A stretch of 64,000 nt of DNA, taken from positions 1,216,001 through 1,280,000 of the forward strand of contig CBDANF010000003.1 in assembly GCA_965197475.1 (NCBI GenBank), in the 5' to 3' direction. Shown piece after piece: positions 7,887-17,256 of the stretch. A program made the position numbers and the translations under genes. Position 1 is the first letter of the stretch. Every line of letters starts with the position of its first letter. The DNA is from Candidatus Poribacteria bacterium. Lineage in GTDB: Bacteria > Poribacteria > WGA-4E > WGA-3G. Under the pieces are notes generated by a model. It was not told where the DNA came from. It saw nothing but the letters and a program-made list of their open reading frames with translations, and did no database searches.

Positions 7887-9605
7887 ATGGCACCTAACAG
7901 TGTAACTGGTAGTTTTCAAGGTATTGAGGTTAGTTTTGTCTACAACGGCCCTCATATTGTAATGAGTGTTTTGAATACCGCTGAAGAAGGTAGGCGGCTC
8001 CGGGTGATGTATCAACAACAGCCACTGAGTGGGCGCGTCAATTGGACATCTTTTCAATTAACAGGACAATCACAAGTTGTTGTTGTACCGATAGAGGTGA
8101 TTCAGTCACACAAGTTAGCATTTTACGTTGACAATCATAAGCCGATTGCTACTTATACAGAAAAAATCGTAGACGAATTAAAACAGATTCAAGATCTACA
8201 GTTATCGGGTAATCCGGCAAAAAGTACAGCATCCGAGTCAGAGACACAACCACACCTAAATACACAAAATGGGCAACTGGTAGGAAACGAAAACAATACC
8301 GAAAACAAAGCAAACGATGTGACAATTCAAACTCCGAAACACGAAATTGGGAAGGATAATACTGCAGCAGATGATAAATCTGAAATAGCTGCACATCTAT
8401 CAAAACCCAAGACCGCTAATCCTACGTCAGATGAAACACTTGATGTTAAGCGCAACAATGCTACCCCAGAGTTAGCCGCCTCCGCATCATTACAACCACA
8501 AAATACAGATGTCAATTCTAACGGAAATAGAGGCCACATAACGCGACAGGAAGGTGTGCAGGATGAACCGATACCAAAAGAGAAATCTAAGGTGACGGAT
8601 ATACCCTCACAACAAGCACAGTCTGTTGATGAATCCGATCCAATTCCTAAACGTAAGAACCAATATATAGGTCAGTACATTCCAAGCGTAAGTACTGAAC
8701 TACAATTTAAAATGAAGGTGCCTTCGCTTCCAAAAAGTGCTTTTAAGAAGCAAACGACTTTCATACCCCCACGCAGTACTGGAAAATCAGATTCAAATGG
8801 CAAAAAACATGGTTTCTTTGGACAATTGGCTGGCGTATTCGGCTTCGCGTTTTCAAACAAGCAAAAGGAATTCTATTTGCAGCAAAACCGACATCTCCAT
8901 GAGAAATTTCATGCAAATTTGGAAAAGTTAAAGAGCGATTACAATAATGGATATGGAATTTCCCTGGATAATTGGGACCTTGAATCTCTAAGTGAACAAC
9001 AGACAGCTGTCCTTCTTCTAAATCTCATGGTCAATGAGGTCAGCGAATGGAAAAAGGCTGCCAAAAAAGGGAGCACAACTAAAGGCACCCTTGCGAAATC
9101 TCTTGAGAATATTGAGGATGAACTTAAGCATGTATTGAAACAGACAAGAGGCATTCAGGCACCAGCACCAACCCTTTTCCCGGATAGAACTGCTGCGACT
9201 GATCAAGATTTGATGGAGATCCAGAAGGAATGTGATGCTTACCTCAAACGTTTTTCTGAAAAATTAGCTGTACTTGAACAAAAACATGCAGAAAAGGTCA
9301 GAATCCCAGTATTCAAAAAGTTTTTGATCGAATTTGTACGAGATAAACTTTTTCCAAACGTCGTAGAATTCAGCTCACTTACCACTGTTCAGCCCCGGTT
9401 AAACTGGTTCCTTGATATAATTGACTATGAATTAATGCCGATTGAGCCGGGTAAAACGAAGTTTTCACCTGAACACCATGAGGTCAAAGAGAAACGCAGT
9501 ACCGATTTAGAATCCGATACGATCGTTGAAGTCGTTTCACCAGGTTTGCAAACAAAAGACGGAAAACGGGTTATCCAAAATGCTATCGTGATTCAAGCGG
9601 AGTAG
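7887..9605 (+). CDS. Hypothetical protein with low-complexity linker and C-terminal GrpE-like domain
   Basis: The C-terminus IEPGKTKFSPEHHEV..TIVEVVSPGLQ..RVIQNAIV resembles the GrpE beta-domain and follows a coiled coil. Confidence 0.65.
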   Translation: MAPNSVTGSFQGIEVSFVYNGPHIVMSVLNTAEEGRRLRVMYQQQPLSGRVNWTSFQLTGQSQVVVVPIEVIQSHKLAFYVDNHKPIATYTEKIVDELKQIQDLQLSGNPAKSTASESETQPHLNTQNGQLVGNENNTENKANDVTIQTPKHEIGKDNTAADDKSEIAAHLSKPKTANPTSDETLDVKRNNATPELAASASLQPQNTDVNSNGNRGHITRQEGVQDEPIPKEKSKVTDIPSQQAQSVDESDPIPKRKNQYIGQYIPSVSTELQFKMKVPSLPKSAFKKQTTFIPPRSTGKSDSNGKKHGFFGQLAGVFGFAFSNKQKEFYLQQNRHLHEKFHANLEKLKSDYNNGYGISLDNWDLESLSEQQTAVLLLNLMVNEVSEWKKAAKKGSTTKGTLAKSLENIEDELKHVLKQTRGIQAPAPTLFPDRTAATDQDLMEIQKECDAYLKRFSEKLAVLEQKHAEKVRIPVFKKFLIEFVRDKLFPNVVEFSSLTTVQPRLNWFLDIIDYELMPIEPGKTKFSPEHHEVKEKRSTDLESDTIVEVVSPGLQTKDGKRVIQNAIVIQAE

Positions 9606-9608
9606 CAT

Positions 9609-10020
9609 ATGATAACCAGAAAAAGTCTTCTTCAACGTATCTCGCGTATCCCACAAGTTAATATTGGGCATTTCCCTATCCCTTAGAGGAATGCCCGCGC
9701 CTATCTGAGAAACTTAGGAAACGTGAGTTCGACAAATGCCGTAGGTTGGGTTTCACGTTGTTCTACCCATAGTCGTCAATTTAAGGACATGAATTTGTTT
9801 TTCATGTATATAGCCTCGTAGAGGCGGTATGTTTATAGAAAAGGCGTTACCCCTCGTTCTTGAGCCTCGTAGAGGCGGTATGTTTATAAAATCTATATGT
9901 CGCTCCTACGGAGCTCAAGAGACAGGTAAACACGAATCTATAAACATATCGTCCCTACGGGACTAAATATGGGACAGCCTCAATCATAGCAAGTATTGAA
10001 CTCACGTTAGGAATCCAAAC
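9609..10020 (+). pseudogene. N-terminal remnant of a D-cysteine desulfhydrase/ACC deaminase-like enzyme, interrupted by a MITE
   Basis: IPQVNIGHFPIP/LEECPRLSEKLG|IQ with a frameshift and an insertion; the rest of the gene is absent. Confidence 0.55.
9721..10007. mobile_element. 287-bp MITE with IS982-like ends
   Basis: Ends ACGTGAGTTC/GAACTCACGT; 6-bp direct repeat TAGGAA (9715-9720, 10008-10013); internal REP-like units. Confidence 0.8.
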
Positions 10021-10153
10021 GGAATCAGCATGCACAATTCTATTTGATCACTGTATAATCCGCATATTTGCAACAACACTTCAAATCATCCACTCTGAAA
10101 ATACATATTGTCTGAATATTACCAATCACTGAAGACTGACAACCGAAAAACGA

Positions 10154-10948
10154 CTATAACATAATCACTTGCCCATCATAGACGAGGTAGGCATTGTCGG
10201 GGAGATCAATGTTCTGCTCAGCACACTGATCCCGAAAACACCGATGGTCGAGCCGATGCATAATATGGGTAAAATAGGTTTCTTTCGGTTGTAAGACATC
10301 GCTAACTTCAAGTGCTTCTCTAACTGAAAAATGCGTTGGATGTCCCGGATTAAAACTCAACGCGTCAATGACAAGCACCTCTATCCCCTCAAGCAGTGCT
10401 TGCGATGTTTCCGGTAGTCGTTTTACATCCGGTATGTACCCAAAGTCGTCAATCCGATAGCCGTTTGTATCAACGTTACCATGTTCTACCGGTATAGGTG
10501 TGATGTCAAAACCGAGCAATTGAAACCTGCCGTCAACCACATTCGGAAGCAAATGACCGACACCGCCCCCTTGAAACGTCTCTTTAGTAAACATATAATC
10601 AAAATTGCGTTGCAAAATCTCAATTGTTTGTTCTGGTCCATAGATAGGCATATCCACACGCTGTTTTCTGCACGGCATTACAATATCGTTCGTCCCACTG
10701 ATGTGATCTGCATGGCAATGCGTAAAGATGACAGCATCTATCCATTCAATCCGATTCCGATTTATTTGATCCATGAAGTTTGGACCGAGGTCAAATTGAA
10801 GATTTTTTCCATCCTTTTCTATATGGATGGACGAACGCGTACGGTAGTTTTTCGAGCCAACCTGCATTGAATTTTGACAAGTTTCGCACTCACATTTATA
10901 CTCAGGGACACCTGTTGAGGTGCCTGAACCCAAAATCGTAATCTTCAT
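10154..10948 (-). CDS. MBL-fold metallo-hydrolase (PhnP-like)
   Basis: Motifs LGSGTSTGVP..C.C..C and THCHADH. Confidence 0.9.
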   Translation of the reverse strand: MKITILGSGTSTGVPEYKCECETCQNSMQVGSKNYRTRSSIHIEKDGKNLQFDLGPNFMDQINRNRIEWIDAVIFTHCHADHISGTNDIVMPCRKQRVDMPIYGPEQTIEILQRNFDYMFTKETFQGGGVGHLLPNVVDGRFQLLGFDITPIPVEHGNVDTNGYRIDDFGYIPDVKRLPETSQALLEGIEVLVIDALSFNPGHPTHFSVREALEVSDVLQPKETYFTHIMHRLDHRCFRDQCAEQNIDLPDNAYLVYDGQVIML

Positions 10949-11063
10949 TCACAAAGAATCCTTTCATCAAACAATGGATAAATTAACGCATCAAGAATGT
11001 CTTGTTTTAGCAGATGTCCTCGGTGATACCAAATAACTTGAGTCATATTTTAGTGTTGAAACA

Positions 11064-11090
11064 CGGGCGGGCACAGGGACCCGCCCCTAC
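11064..11090. repeat. GTAG-type REP-like hairpin
   Basis: GGGCGGG-cacaggga-CCCGCCC-CTAC. Confidence 0.6.
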
Positions 11091-11174
11091 GATTGAGAGT
11101 AATTTATCACACCCACAACAGTTCATCAGTTAACTGTATTACACTCTTGCCAACACATTACAATTATTCTGACA

Positions 11175-12434
11175 TTATCCCAAGGCGTTGTCTACTTTAT
11201 TGATAGCGGCTGCCATTAACCGCGCATGCTCCTCCTGCATATTAACATTAAATCCAAATCTTAACGCACGACCGAGAATAGAGAGTGTTTGCGAACACAT
11301 ATCACGTGAATATTCTATTTCACCTTTGTATAGCGGGTCGCTCCACGGATAACCTGCAGGGTTTGGCGAATGTTTAAACAAGATGGAATCCCAATAGGTG
11401 TAAATATGTCTGTCAGGAAAACCTTCATTGTAAGCAGTCCCAGCACCTAATCCTTCTGCTCTGAGTGCTTCCGTATACTTTTTAGCAAGTTCTAAATCCC
11501 GCACAATAATAGCAGCACTAATACCACACTCACCGCTCGGATCATCTACGTGCTGTCGGATATAACCTTTTGGTTCATCGGAGAGTTCAGCAATAAACGC
11601 TTTTTTAAGCTGACGTGTATGTCCCAAAATGTCATCCAGTTTTGAAAGCTGCACGCGTGCAATTGCGCCTAAAATTTCACTCGGACGATAGGTTTGGCAC
11701 GAGAACGGCTTGTTTTGCCATTCGGAGCCGCTCATCCACATCGGTAACCCCGGTTCAGATGCAAACGCCGCGCGTTCATAAGTATCGTAATCATCAGAAA
11801 AGACGAGACCACCTTCCCCACAAGTAATCACCTTGAAGTAGTTGAGACTCCACGCCCCCGCATCACCCCAAGTACCGGCGTATTTCCCTTTATACTGTCC
11901 ACCTACACATTGGCAGCAATCTTCAACAACTTTCAGATTATGCTTTTTGGCAATCTCCATAATTGCTTCAAGTCGACACGGGACACCTTGCATGTGAACG
12001 GATAAAATCGCTTTGGTGTGTGGTGTAATTTTCCGTTCCACATCCGCAGGATCTAATCCCAGAGAATCATCAATTTCTGCAATTATCGGAATTGCCCCAA
12101 CACCGACGATAGCTGCCGCTGTCGCGATAAAGGTATATCCGGGTAAAATCACCTCATCGCCAGGACCAATACCCACCCCTGTGAGTGCACAGATGATTGC
12201 TGATGTGCCCGAATTCACCATTAGCGCATGTTTGACACCGAGACGTGCTACCGCTTCTTGTTCAAAAGCTGCGACATTAGAATTTTCAACAAATCGAAAG
12301 AGTTTTCCGCTTCGTAGGACTTCGGTCACAGCATCAATCTCGCGATCGTCTATGACACTCGGTCCATGCATGCCTCCTGGAATCGATTCCACGATGACAG
12401 GTGTTCCCCCATCTACTGCTAAACGTTCTGACAT
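11175..12434 (-). CDS. DegT/DnrJ/EryC1/StrS PLP aminotransferase
   Basis: Motifs NSGTSA, VVEDCCQ and SLNYFKVITCGEGG (PLP lysine). Confidence 0.92.
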   Translation of the reverse strand: MSERLAVDGGTPVIVESIPGGMHGPSVIDDREIDAVTEVLRSGKLFRFVENSNVAAFEQEAVARLGVKHALMVNSGTSAIICALTGVGIGPGDEVILPGYTFIATAAAIVGVGAIPIIAEIDDSLGLDPADVERKITPHTKAILSVHMQGVPCRLEAIMEIAKKHNLKVVEDCCQCVGGQYKGKYAGTWGDAGAWSLNYFKVITCGEGGLVFSDDYDTYERAAFASEPGLPMWMSGSEWQNKPFSCQTYRPSEILGAIARVQLSKLDDILGHTRQLKKAFIAELSDEPKGYIRQHVDDPSGECGISAAIIVRDLELAKKYTEALRAEGLGAGTAYNEGFPDRHIYTYWDSILFKHSPNPAGYPWSDPLYKGEIEYSRDMCSQTLSILGRALRFGFNVNMQEEHARLMAAAINKVDNALG

Positions 12435-12618
12435 CTTTTCCCTCCATACTATCTGGAACATCAAAATTTATGACACTTTACCCCATACTACCGTTTTTGT
12501 CAAGTTGATTTTCAAGAAGGTTGAATATTATATATTTATAGACATCAATTTTTATTTATGATACCATATCCGAACATTTGTCTCTTCAATCATTTAAAGC
12601 AACAAAGGAGTATAACAC

Positions 12619-13434
12619 ATGGAATTCATCCAGTTGACAGAAGCACAACGTGAGGAATTCGAAGAAAACGGATTTTTCATTGTCCGCTCTGTGCTTGATG
12701 AAGATATGATTACTCGGTTGACCGAAGCAGCTGACCGTATTGTGGATTCACTTGAAAGTGACGCACAATACGTACACAAGCGGGACGGATTGGTGCAAGA
12801 ACCTGCATTTGCAGAACTTACATCGCAGACAAAAGCGATTCCTTTGGTGATCCAGCTGCTTGGCACAAATATACATATTACCAATACTGCGCTACTCTAC
12901 AAACACCCACAGCCACACGCGATGCCTGAGAATCGCGGATGGCACCGTGATGTCGGGTTGCATTTAGATCTCGGGCACAAGAATTGCCCGCGTGTCGGTT
13001 TGAAAGTTGCTTACTGTTTAACAGATCTCAATGTCCCAAATTCCGGTGCAACGTTGTTTATTCCCAAAAGTCACACATCAGGTAAACCCTTGGGCATCCC
13101 AGAAGGTGAACTTGACCCGATCGAACCTTACGCTGAACCGCTCCTCCGTGCTGGGGACGCGTATTTCTTTGAAAACCGCATCTACCACAGCACCGGACTC
13201 AACTTTACAGACAAAACCGCTAAGATTGTCATTTACGGATACCATTACTCATGGTTAAAGCCAGAAGGATATCTTCTGTATTTCAATGACAAACAGCAGC
13301 CTGATGAAGATGTGCTGAAAAACGTTGATGATCTCGGCAGGCAATTTCTCGGTGGTGGAGGCGGCGCAGCCGCACAGTGGGCAGCAGAACACAATTTGAA
13401 GTTGGAACAAGAACCGCAAGTCGTGACAATTTAG
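12619..13434 (+). CDS. Phytanoyl-CoA dioxygenase (PhyH) family protein
   Basis: Motif FEENGF; Fe triad WHRD..IYH. Confidence 0.88.
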   Translation: MEFIQLTEAQREEFEENGFFIVRSVLDEDMITRLTEAADRIVDSLESDAQYVHKRDGLVQEPAFAELTSQTKAIPLVIQLLGTNIHITNTALLYKHPQPHAMPENRGWHRDVGLHLDLGHKNCPRVGLKVAYCLTDLNVPNSGATLFIPKSHTSGKPLGIPEGELDPIEPYAEPLLRAGDAYFFENRIYHSTGLNFTDKTAKIVIYGYHYSWLKPEGYLLYFNDKQQPDEDVLKNVDDLGRQFLGGGGGAAAQWAAEHNLKLEQEPQVVTI

Positions 13435-13479
13435 TATAATTGAAATAGAATCACATCACTCTAATGAAAAGGAACATAT

Positions 13480-14633
13480 ATGAAAAAAATTAAGGTTGGT
13501 ATTGTCGGTTGCGGTGGGATCGCAGGAGGCAAACATCTGCCTGGACATAATAGTGTCAGGACTTACGCAATGTGTTTAAAAGTCCCACTGATAAGGGGGA
13601 TTTAGGGGGTTAAAAGCACTAAATTCTGCCTATTTAACCCCTAACCCCCATATCAAGGGGGAATGCGTAAGTCCTGAGTGTTAAAGGCGTATCAATCGTC
13701 GCTGCGTGTGATATTGACAAGGCACGCGCAAAAGCTTTTGCCAAAAAACACGACATTCCACACGTGTTCACCGATTACGAAAAGTTAGTTGAGATGGATG
13801 AGCTGGATGCGGTAAGCGTTTGCACCCCAAATAATTTTCATGCTGGACCGACTATCGCCGCACTGAATGCGGGAAAACACGTTATCTGTGAAAAACCGAT
13901 CGCCGCGAACGCTATAGATGGACAAGCAATGGTAGACGCGCAAAAAGCGAGCGGAAAAATTTTGCAGATCGGGTTACAATCACGATTCGGTGCCGGAGCA
14001 CAGACGTTGCGTAAACTCTATGATGAAGGATTTTTTGGCGATGTCTACTACGCTCGCGCCATGGCGATGCGGCGGCGTGGTGTTCCCGCATCTCCATCGT
14101 TTCTGAGCAAAGCCATTGCTGGTGGGGGACCGCTGATTGATATCGGTGTGCATATCCTTGATGTCCTGCTCTGGATGATTGGCTGTCCTAAACCAGTTGA
14201 AGCGTTCGGAATGACAGCGAAAAAATTTGGAGGCAAAACCGATGTCATCAATCCATGGGGAAAATGGAATCCTGAAGACTTTGAGGTGGAAGACTTCGCG
14301 ATGGGAACTATCAAGTTTGAGGGTGAATTGACGGTAACCTTAGAAACTGCTTGGGCATCCCATGTTCAGAATATCGGCGGCACCTTCTTCATGGGGGATT
14401 TAGCAGGTGCTACTTTTGAACCGCTTCAGATATATCTTGATCAAAAGGACGAGATGGTAAATTACGAACCTGAACTTCTCACCGGATTACCGGGGGAATT
14501 TGAATCATTCCATACGGCTATTCGAAAGGATTTACCCTCTCCTGTCCCTGCGGAAGAGGTATTGAACGTAGCGAAAATTTTTGACGCACTGTACGAATCC
14601 GCGAGGGTAGGACGTTCTGTTCCAATTTTATAG
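13480..14633 (+). pseudogene. Gfo/Idh/MocA oxidoreductase disrupted by a 120-bp MITE
   Basis: MKKIKVGIVGCGGIAGGKHLPGHNSV|KGVSIVAACD is restored in frame after removing 13557-13681. Motifs CEKP and GGGPLIDIGVH. Confidence 0.88.
13557..13676. mobile_element. 120-bp MITE
   Basis: 13-bp perfect IRs CAGGACTTACGCA/TGCGTAAGTCCTG; 5-bp TSD AGTGT (13552-13556, 13677-13681). Confidence 0.9.
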
Positions 14634-14644
14634 GTATTCTCTCT

Positions 14645-14668
14645 GGGACAGATTTTCATATCTGTCCC
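14645..14668. terminator. Hairpin between convergent genes (possible bidirectional terminator)
   Basis: TGGGACAGAT-tttc..-ATCTGTCCCA. Confidence 0.55.
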
Positions 14669-14673
14669 AAAAT

Positions 14674-15069
14674 TTACCCTTTTTTGTAACTTGCGCGCAC
14701 AACTGTTTTCATTCCACCCCGGATGTTAAAATCACCGACAGCCTCTGCTTCTCGTGGTTGACATGCTTCAACAAAATCCTCAAGCACTTTATTCACAACG
14801 TGTTCATGAAAAATACCTACATCTCTAAAAAACATAAAATACTCTTTTAACGACTTCAGTTCAATACAATGCTGGTCTGGAACATAAGTGATACAAATTG
14901 TAGCGAAATCAGGCAATCCTGTCTTGGGACAGACAGCAGTAAATTCCAGGTTGGTTATCTCAATTGTATAATTTCGGTGGTTGTACTGATTTTCCCACGT
15001 CTTAATTAGTGGAGTTTTAAGTTCACGGATATGGGTCTGTAAATCGTCGTAGTTTGAGTGATTGCTCAT
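14674..15069 (-). CDS. queF: NADPH-dependent 7-cyano-7-deazaguanine reductase (type I)
   Basis: Motifs EFTAVCPKTGLPDFA, ELKSLKEY and FHEH. Confidence 0.95.
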   Translation of the reverse strand: MSNHSNYDDLQTHIRELKTPLIKTWENQYNHRNYTIEITNLEFTAVCPKTGLPDFATICITYVPDQHCIELKSLKEYFMFFRDVGIFHEHVVNKVLEDFVEACQPREAEAVGDFNIRGGMKTVVRASYKKG

Positions 15070-15261
15070 TTAAAATGCCTTTCAAGATATGCCAAATAAA
15101 TTTACACAACTTTTTTGAAGCTGCATTTACAAAGCAGTATCTGTTCCAGATTTCATACATTATACCTTATATCTTTGTCAAAAGGCAACGTAACGTCAGA
15201 GCCATTAATTCTAAGGTAGTTCCACTTTCGGCTCAAAGTCTATTCAAAGTCAAAAATGCTG

Positions 15262-15548
15262 GACACCTGTCGCCCCGTTGGGGCTCAGTATCCTGGACAC
15301 CGCTCTTCTATAAACATTCTGCCCCGCCGAATGCCACACGCGCATTCGGCGTTGATTTGGCCGGGGCTGCCCCAAAAGTATTTTTCTACAAGTTCTTTCA
15401 GTCAGCAAAATCGCAGAAAATATAATGATATAGGATCAAATATTGGTTTCCCAGCGGGGCGATAGGTGTTTAGAACAAGGTTATTGCCTCAGTCTAAGCC
15501 CCAGCGGGGCAGCATGCGCGTATGGCATGCTGCATGAGGTGTATAGTA
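15262..15548. repeat. Cluster of REP-like units with nested hairpin modules
   Basis: Four CCCC-nnn-GGGG units in two opposed pairs; 25-nt hairpins at 15326-15350 and 15509-15533. Confidence 0.65.
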
Positions 15549-15638
15549 TAATCCAGTTAATATCTAAGGTGTGCCATCAACCTAAGTTATGACACAAGAA
15601 GCCTAAAATTGTCCAAACTATAGTTATGTTAAAAGCAA

Positions 15639-17201
15639 CTACTTAATAAGAAATGCATATAGTTTCGCTCGCTTCAGCACAAAGCGGAGTCTCAATGGCT
15701 GCTCAGCTGTCGCTAACTTTGCCGATTTCCATTGCACCGAGTGCCGTATACTATCCTCTGTCAACGGAACGCAGTCGTCAATTGAAAATCCGGGTTGAAC
15801 CTGCCCATCAGCTGTCAACACTTCAACACTGATCCGACCTGCACTTGTATCCGCATTAATCTCAAGTCCGCCGTTCGGAATACACAACGGGACGGTTTCA
15901 GCTACACCTTCAGTTCCATCTGCATCAAGGGAAACGAAACCATCTAATCGCCACTTCGCAAGTCCAATAGCCTTGTGTCTATCTTTCATCGCAGCACCAT
16001 GCGTGTGTTCCGTTCCTGTATAATACCAGTGAATTTCATCGTCAGTGATGATTGGCTGGGTAGCAGTTCCCATAATCATACCGGTGTCAAACGACCCGCT
16101 CTCGCCGCGTGGAATAATCGGTGTCCGATTTGAATCAAGATAATCCCAATTGAATCCATCTCGGCTGCATACCAATTGCGCATCAATCGGTCCATCAACG
16201 GGAATCTCATGCTCAGCTGCACCCGGTCCCGTCACATACAAAACCCCAGCAATGCCGATATAGATGTTGTGATAAAGGAAACTGGACATATTGTGAATTT
16301 CAGCACGATCAGCACCATATCTCTCGGCACCAACTTCATCATCCTGATGCGTTGCACGGAACATCGGTTCAAGCGGTTTCCAAGGTCCCTCTAAACGTGG
16401 ACTTTCGGTATACGCTATCATACGCCGTGCGTCTTTGTCCTCGTCACGCGTCAGGGCATAAGCTCGGAACAGAGATATCTTGTTATCATAGATTACATTG
16501 AATGCACCTTCATTGTTCCCTTCTGCGACCGGTTCCAAGTAGTCTGAGTCATCCCATCGAATACCATCAGGTGATGTGAGCAGGAAGACGTTGCGATATC
16601 GCCTGCAAAAACTGATCATCTTATACCGTTTCTGCGGATCCGATTCATCGTCATCACGGAATACGCAAGCGCCGTGTAGGTCCCAAACGATGTTATTGTT
16701 TGGATTTCCGTTGAATTCAAAAAGACCGAGATTCGGTTTCGTCCACGTCAATCCATCATCGCTTTCAGCATAACATGTGAGGTCACCACGATCATTCTCA
16801 ACAAATTTCCGCCCGTACGCATCATGTGTCTTTCCTCTGTATGTTGACGGATTTCGGTCTGGACGGGGCACATAAAGACCTGGAATTTCGTTTGCCTTAA
16901 ACCGCCAATGTGGTCCCATGCGACACATGTACCACATGCGATATTTTCCATACGCAGCATCGTACATCGCCGTGCCGTAGAGGTGTACGCGTCTGGATTG
17001 ATCTGGTCCTCCATGCTCCCAAGGATTGTTAGGGTCCGGTTCAAGGACAGGAACACTATGTTTTACCCCTTGATGTAGTGTACGGGTCACGCCTTGTTTG
17101 GAAGCAATCAGCGCGTCATCAATAAACAGTTCTGTGCTTGAGTCGAGTGTATGAACTGTGTTTGAATTCACATTTTTCCCTACAATTTTAGTGGTGTGCA
17201 T
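15639..17201 (-). CDS. Hypothetical protein, probable five-bladed beta-propeller glycoside hydrolase-like
   Basis: Motifs YAESDDGLTWTKP, SPDGIRW, SRDGFNW and RLDGFVS. Confidence 0.65.
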   Translation of the reverse strand: MHTTKIVGKNVNSNTVHTLDSSTELFIDDALIASKQGVTRTLHQGVKHSVPVLEPDPNNPWEHGGPDQSRRVHLYGTAMYDAAYGKYRMWYMCRMGPHWRFKANEIPGLYVPRPDRNPSTYRGKTHDAYGRKFVENDRGDLTCYAESDDGLTWTKPNLGLFEFNGNPNNNIVWDLHGACVFRDDDESDPQKRYKMISFCRRYRNVFLLTSPDGIRWDDSDYLEPVAEGNNEGAFNVIYDNKISLFRAYALTRDEDKDARRMIAYTESPRLEGPWKPLEPMFRATHQDDEVGAERYGADRAEIHNMSSFLYHNIYIGIAGVLYVTGPGAAEHEIPVDGPIDAQLVCSRDGFNWDYLDSNRTPIIPRGESGSFDTGMIMGTATQPIITDDEIHWYYTGTEHTHGAAMKDRHKAIGLAKWRLDGFVSLDADGTEGVAETVPLCIPNGGLEINADTSAGRISVEVLTADGQVQPGFSIDDCVPLTEDSIRHSVQWKSAKLATAEQPLRLRFVLKRAKLYAFLIK

Positions 17202-17256
17202 CGGCAGGTAAAATTTCTGTCCGATATGATTACTGGTAAATAAGTTGCTAACTATA

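Noticed and set aside
13557-13676. Self-splicing intron in the oxidoreductase
   Set aside because: Too short and lacks group I/II core motifs. The terminal IRs plus TSD indicate a DNA MITE.
15070-15200. Possible preQ1 riboswitch upstream of queF
   Set aside because: No recognisable preQ1 stem-loop with an A-rich tail.
15054-15465. ORFs over repeat clusters (also 21490-21991) and many antisense ORFs within long genes
   Set aside because: They overlap palindromic repeats or shadow real genes, and show no RBS or protein motifs.
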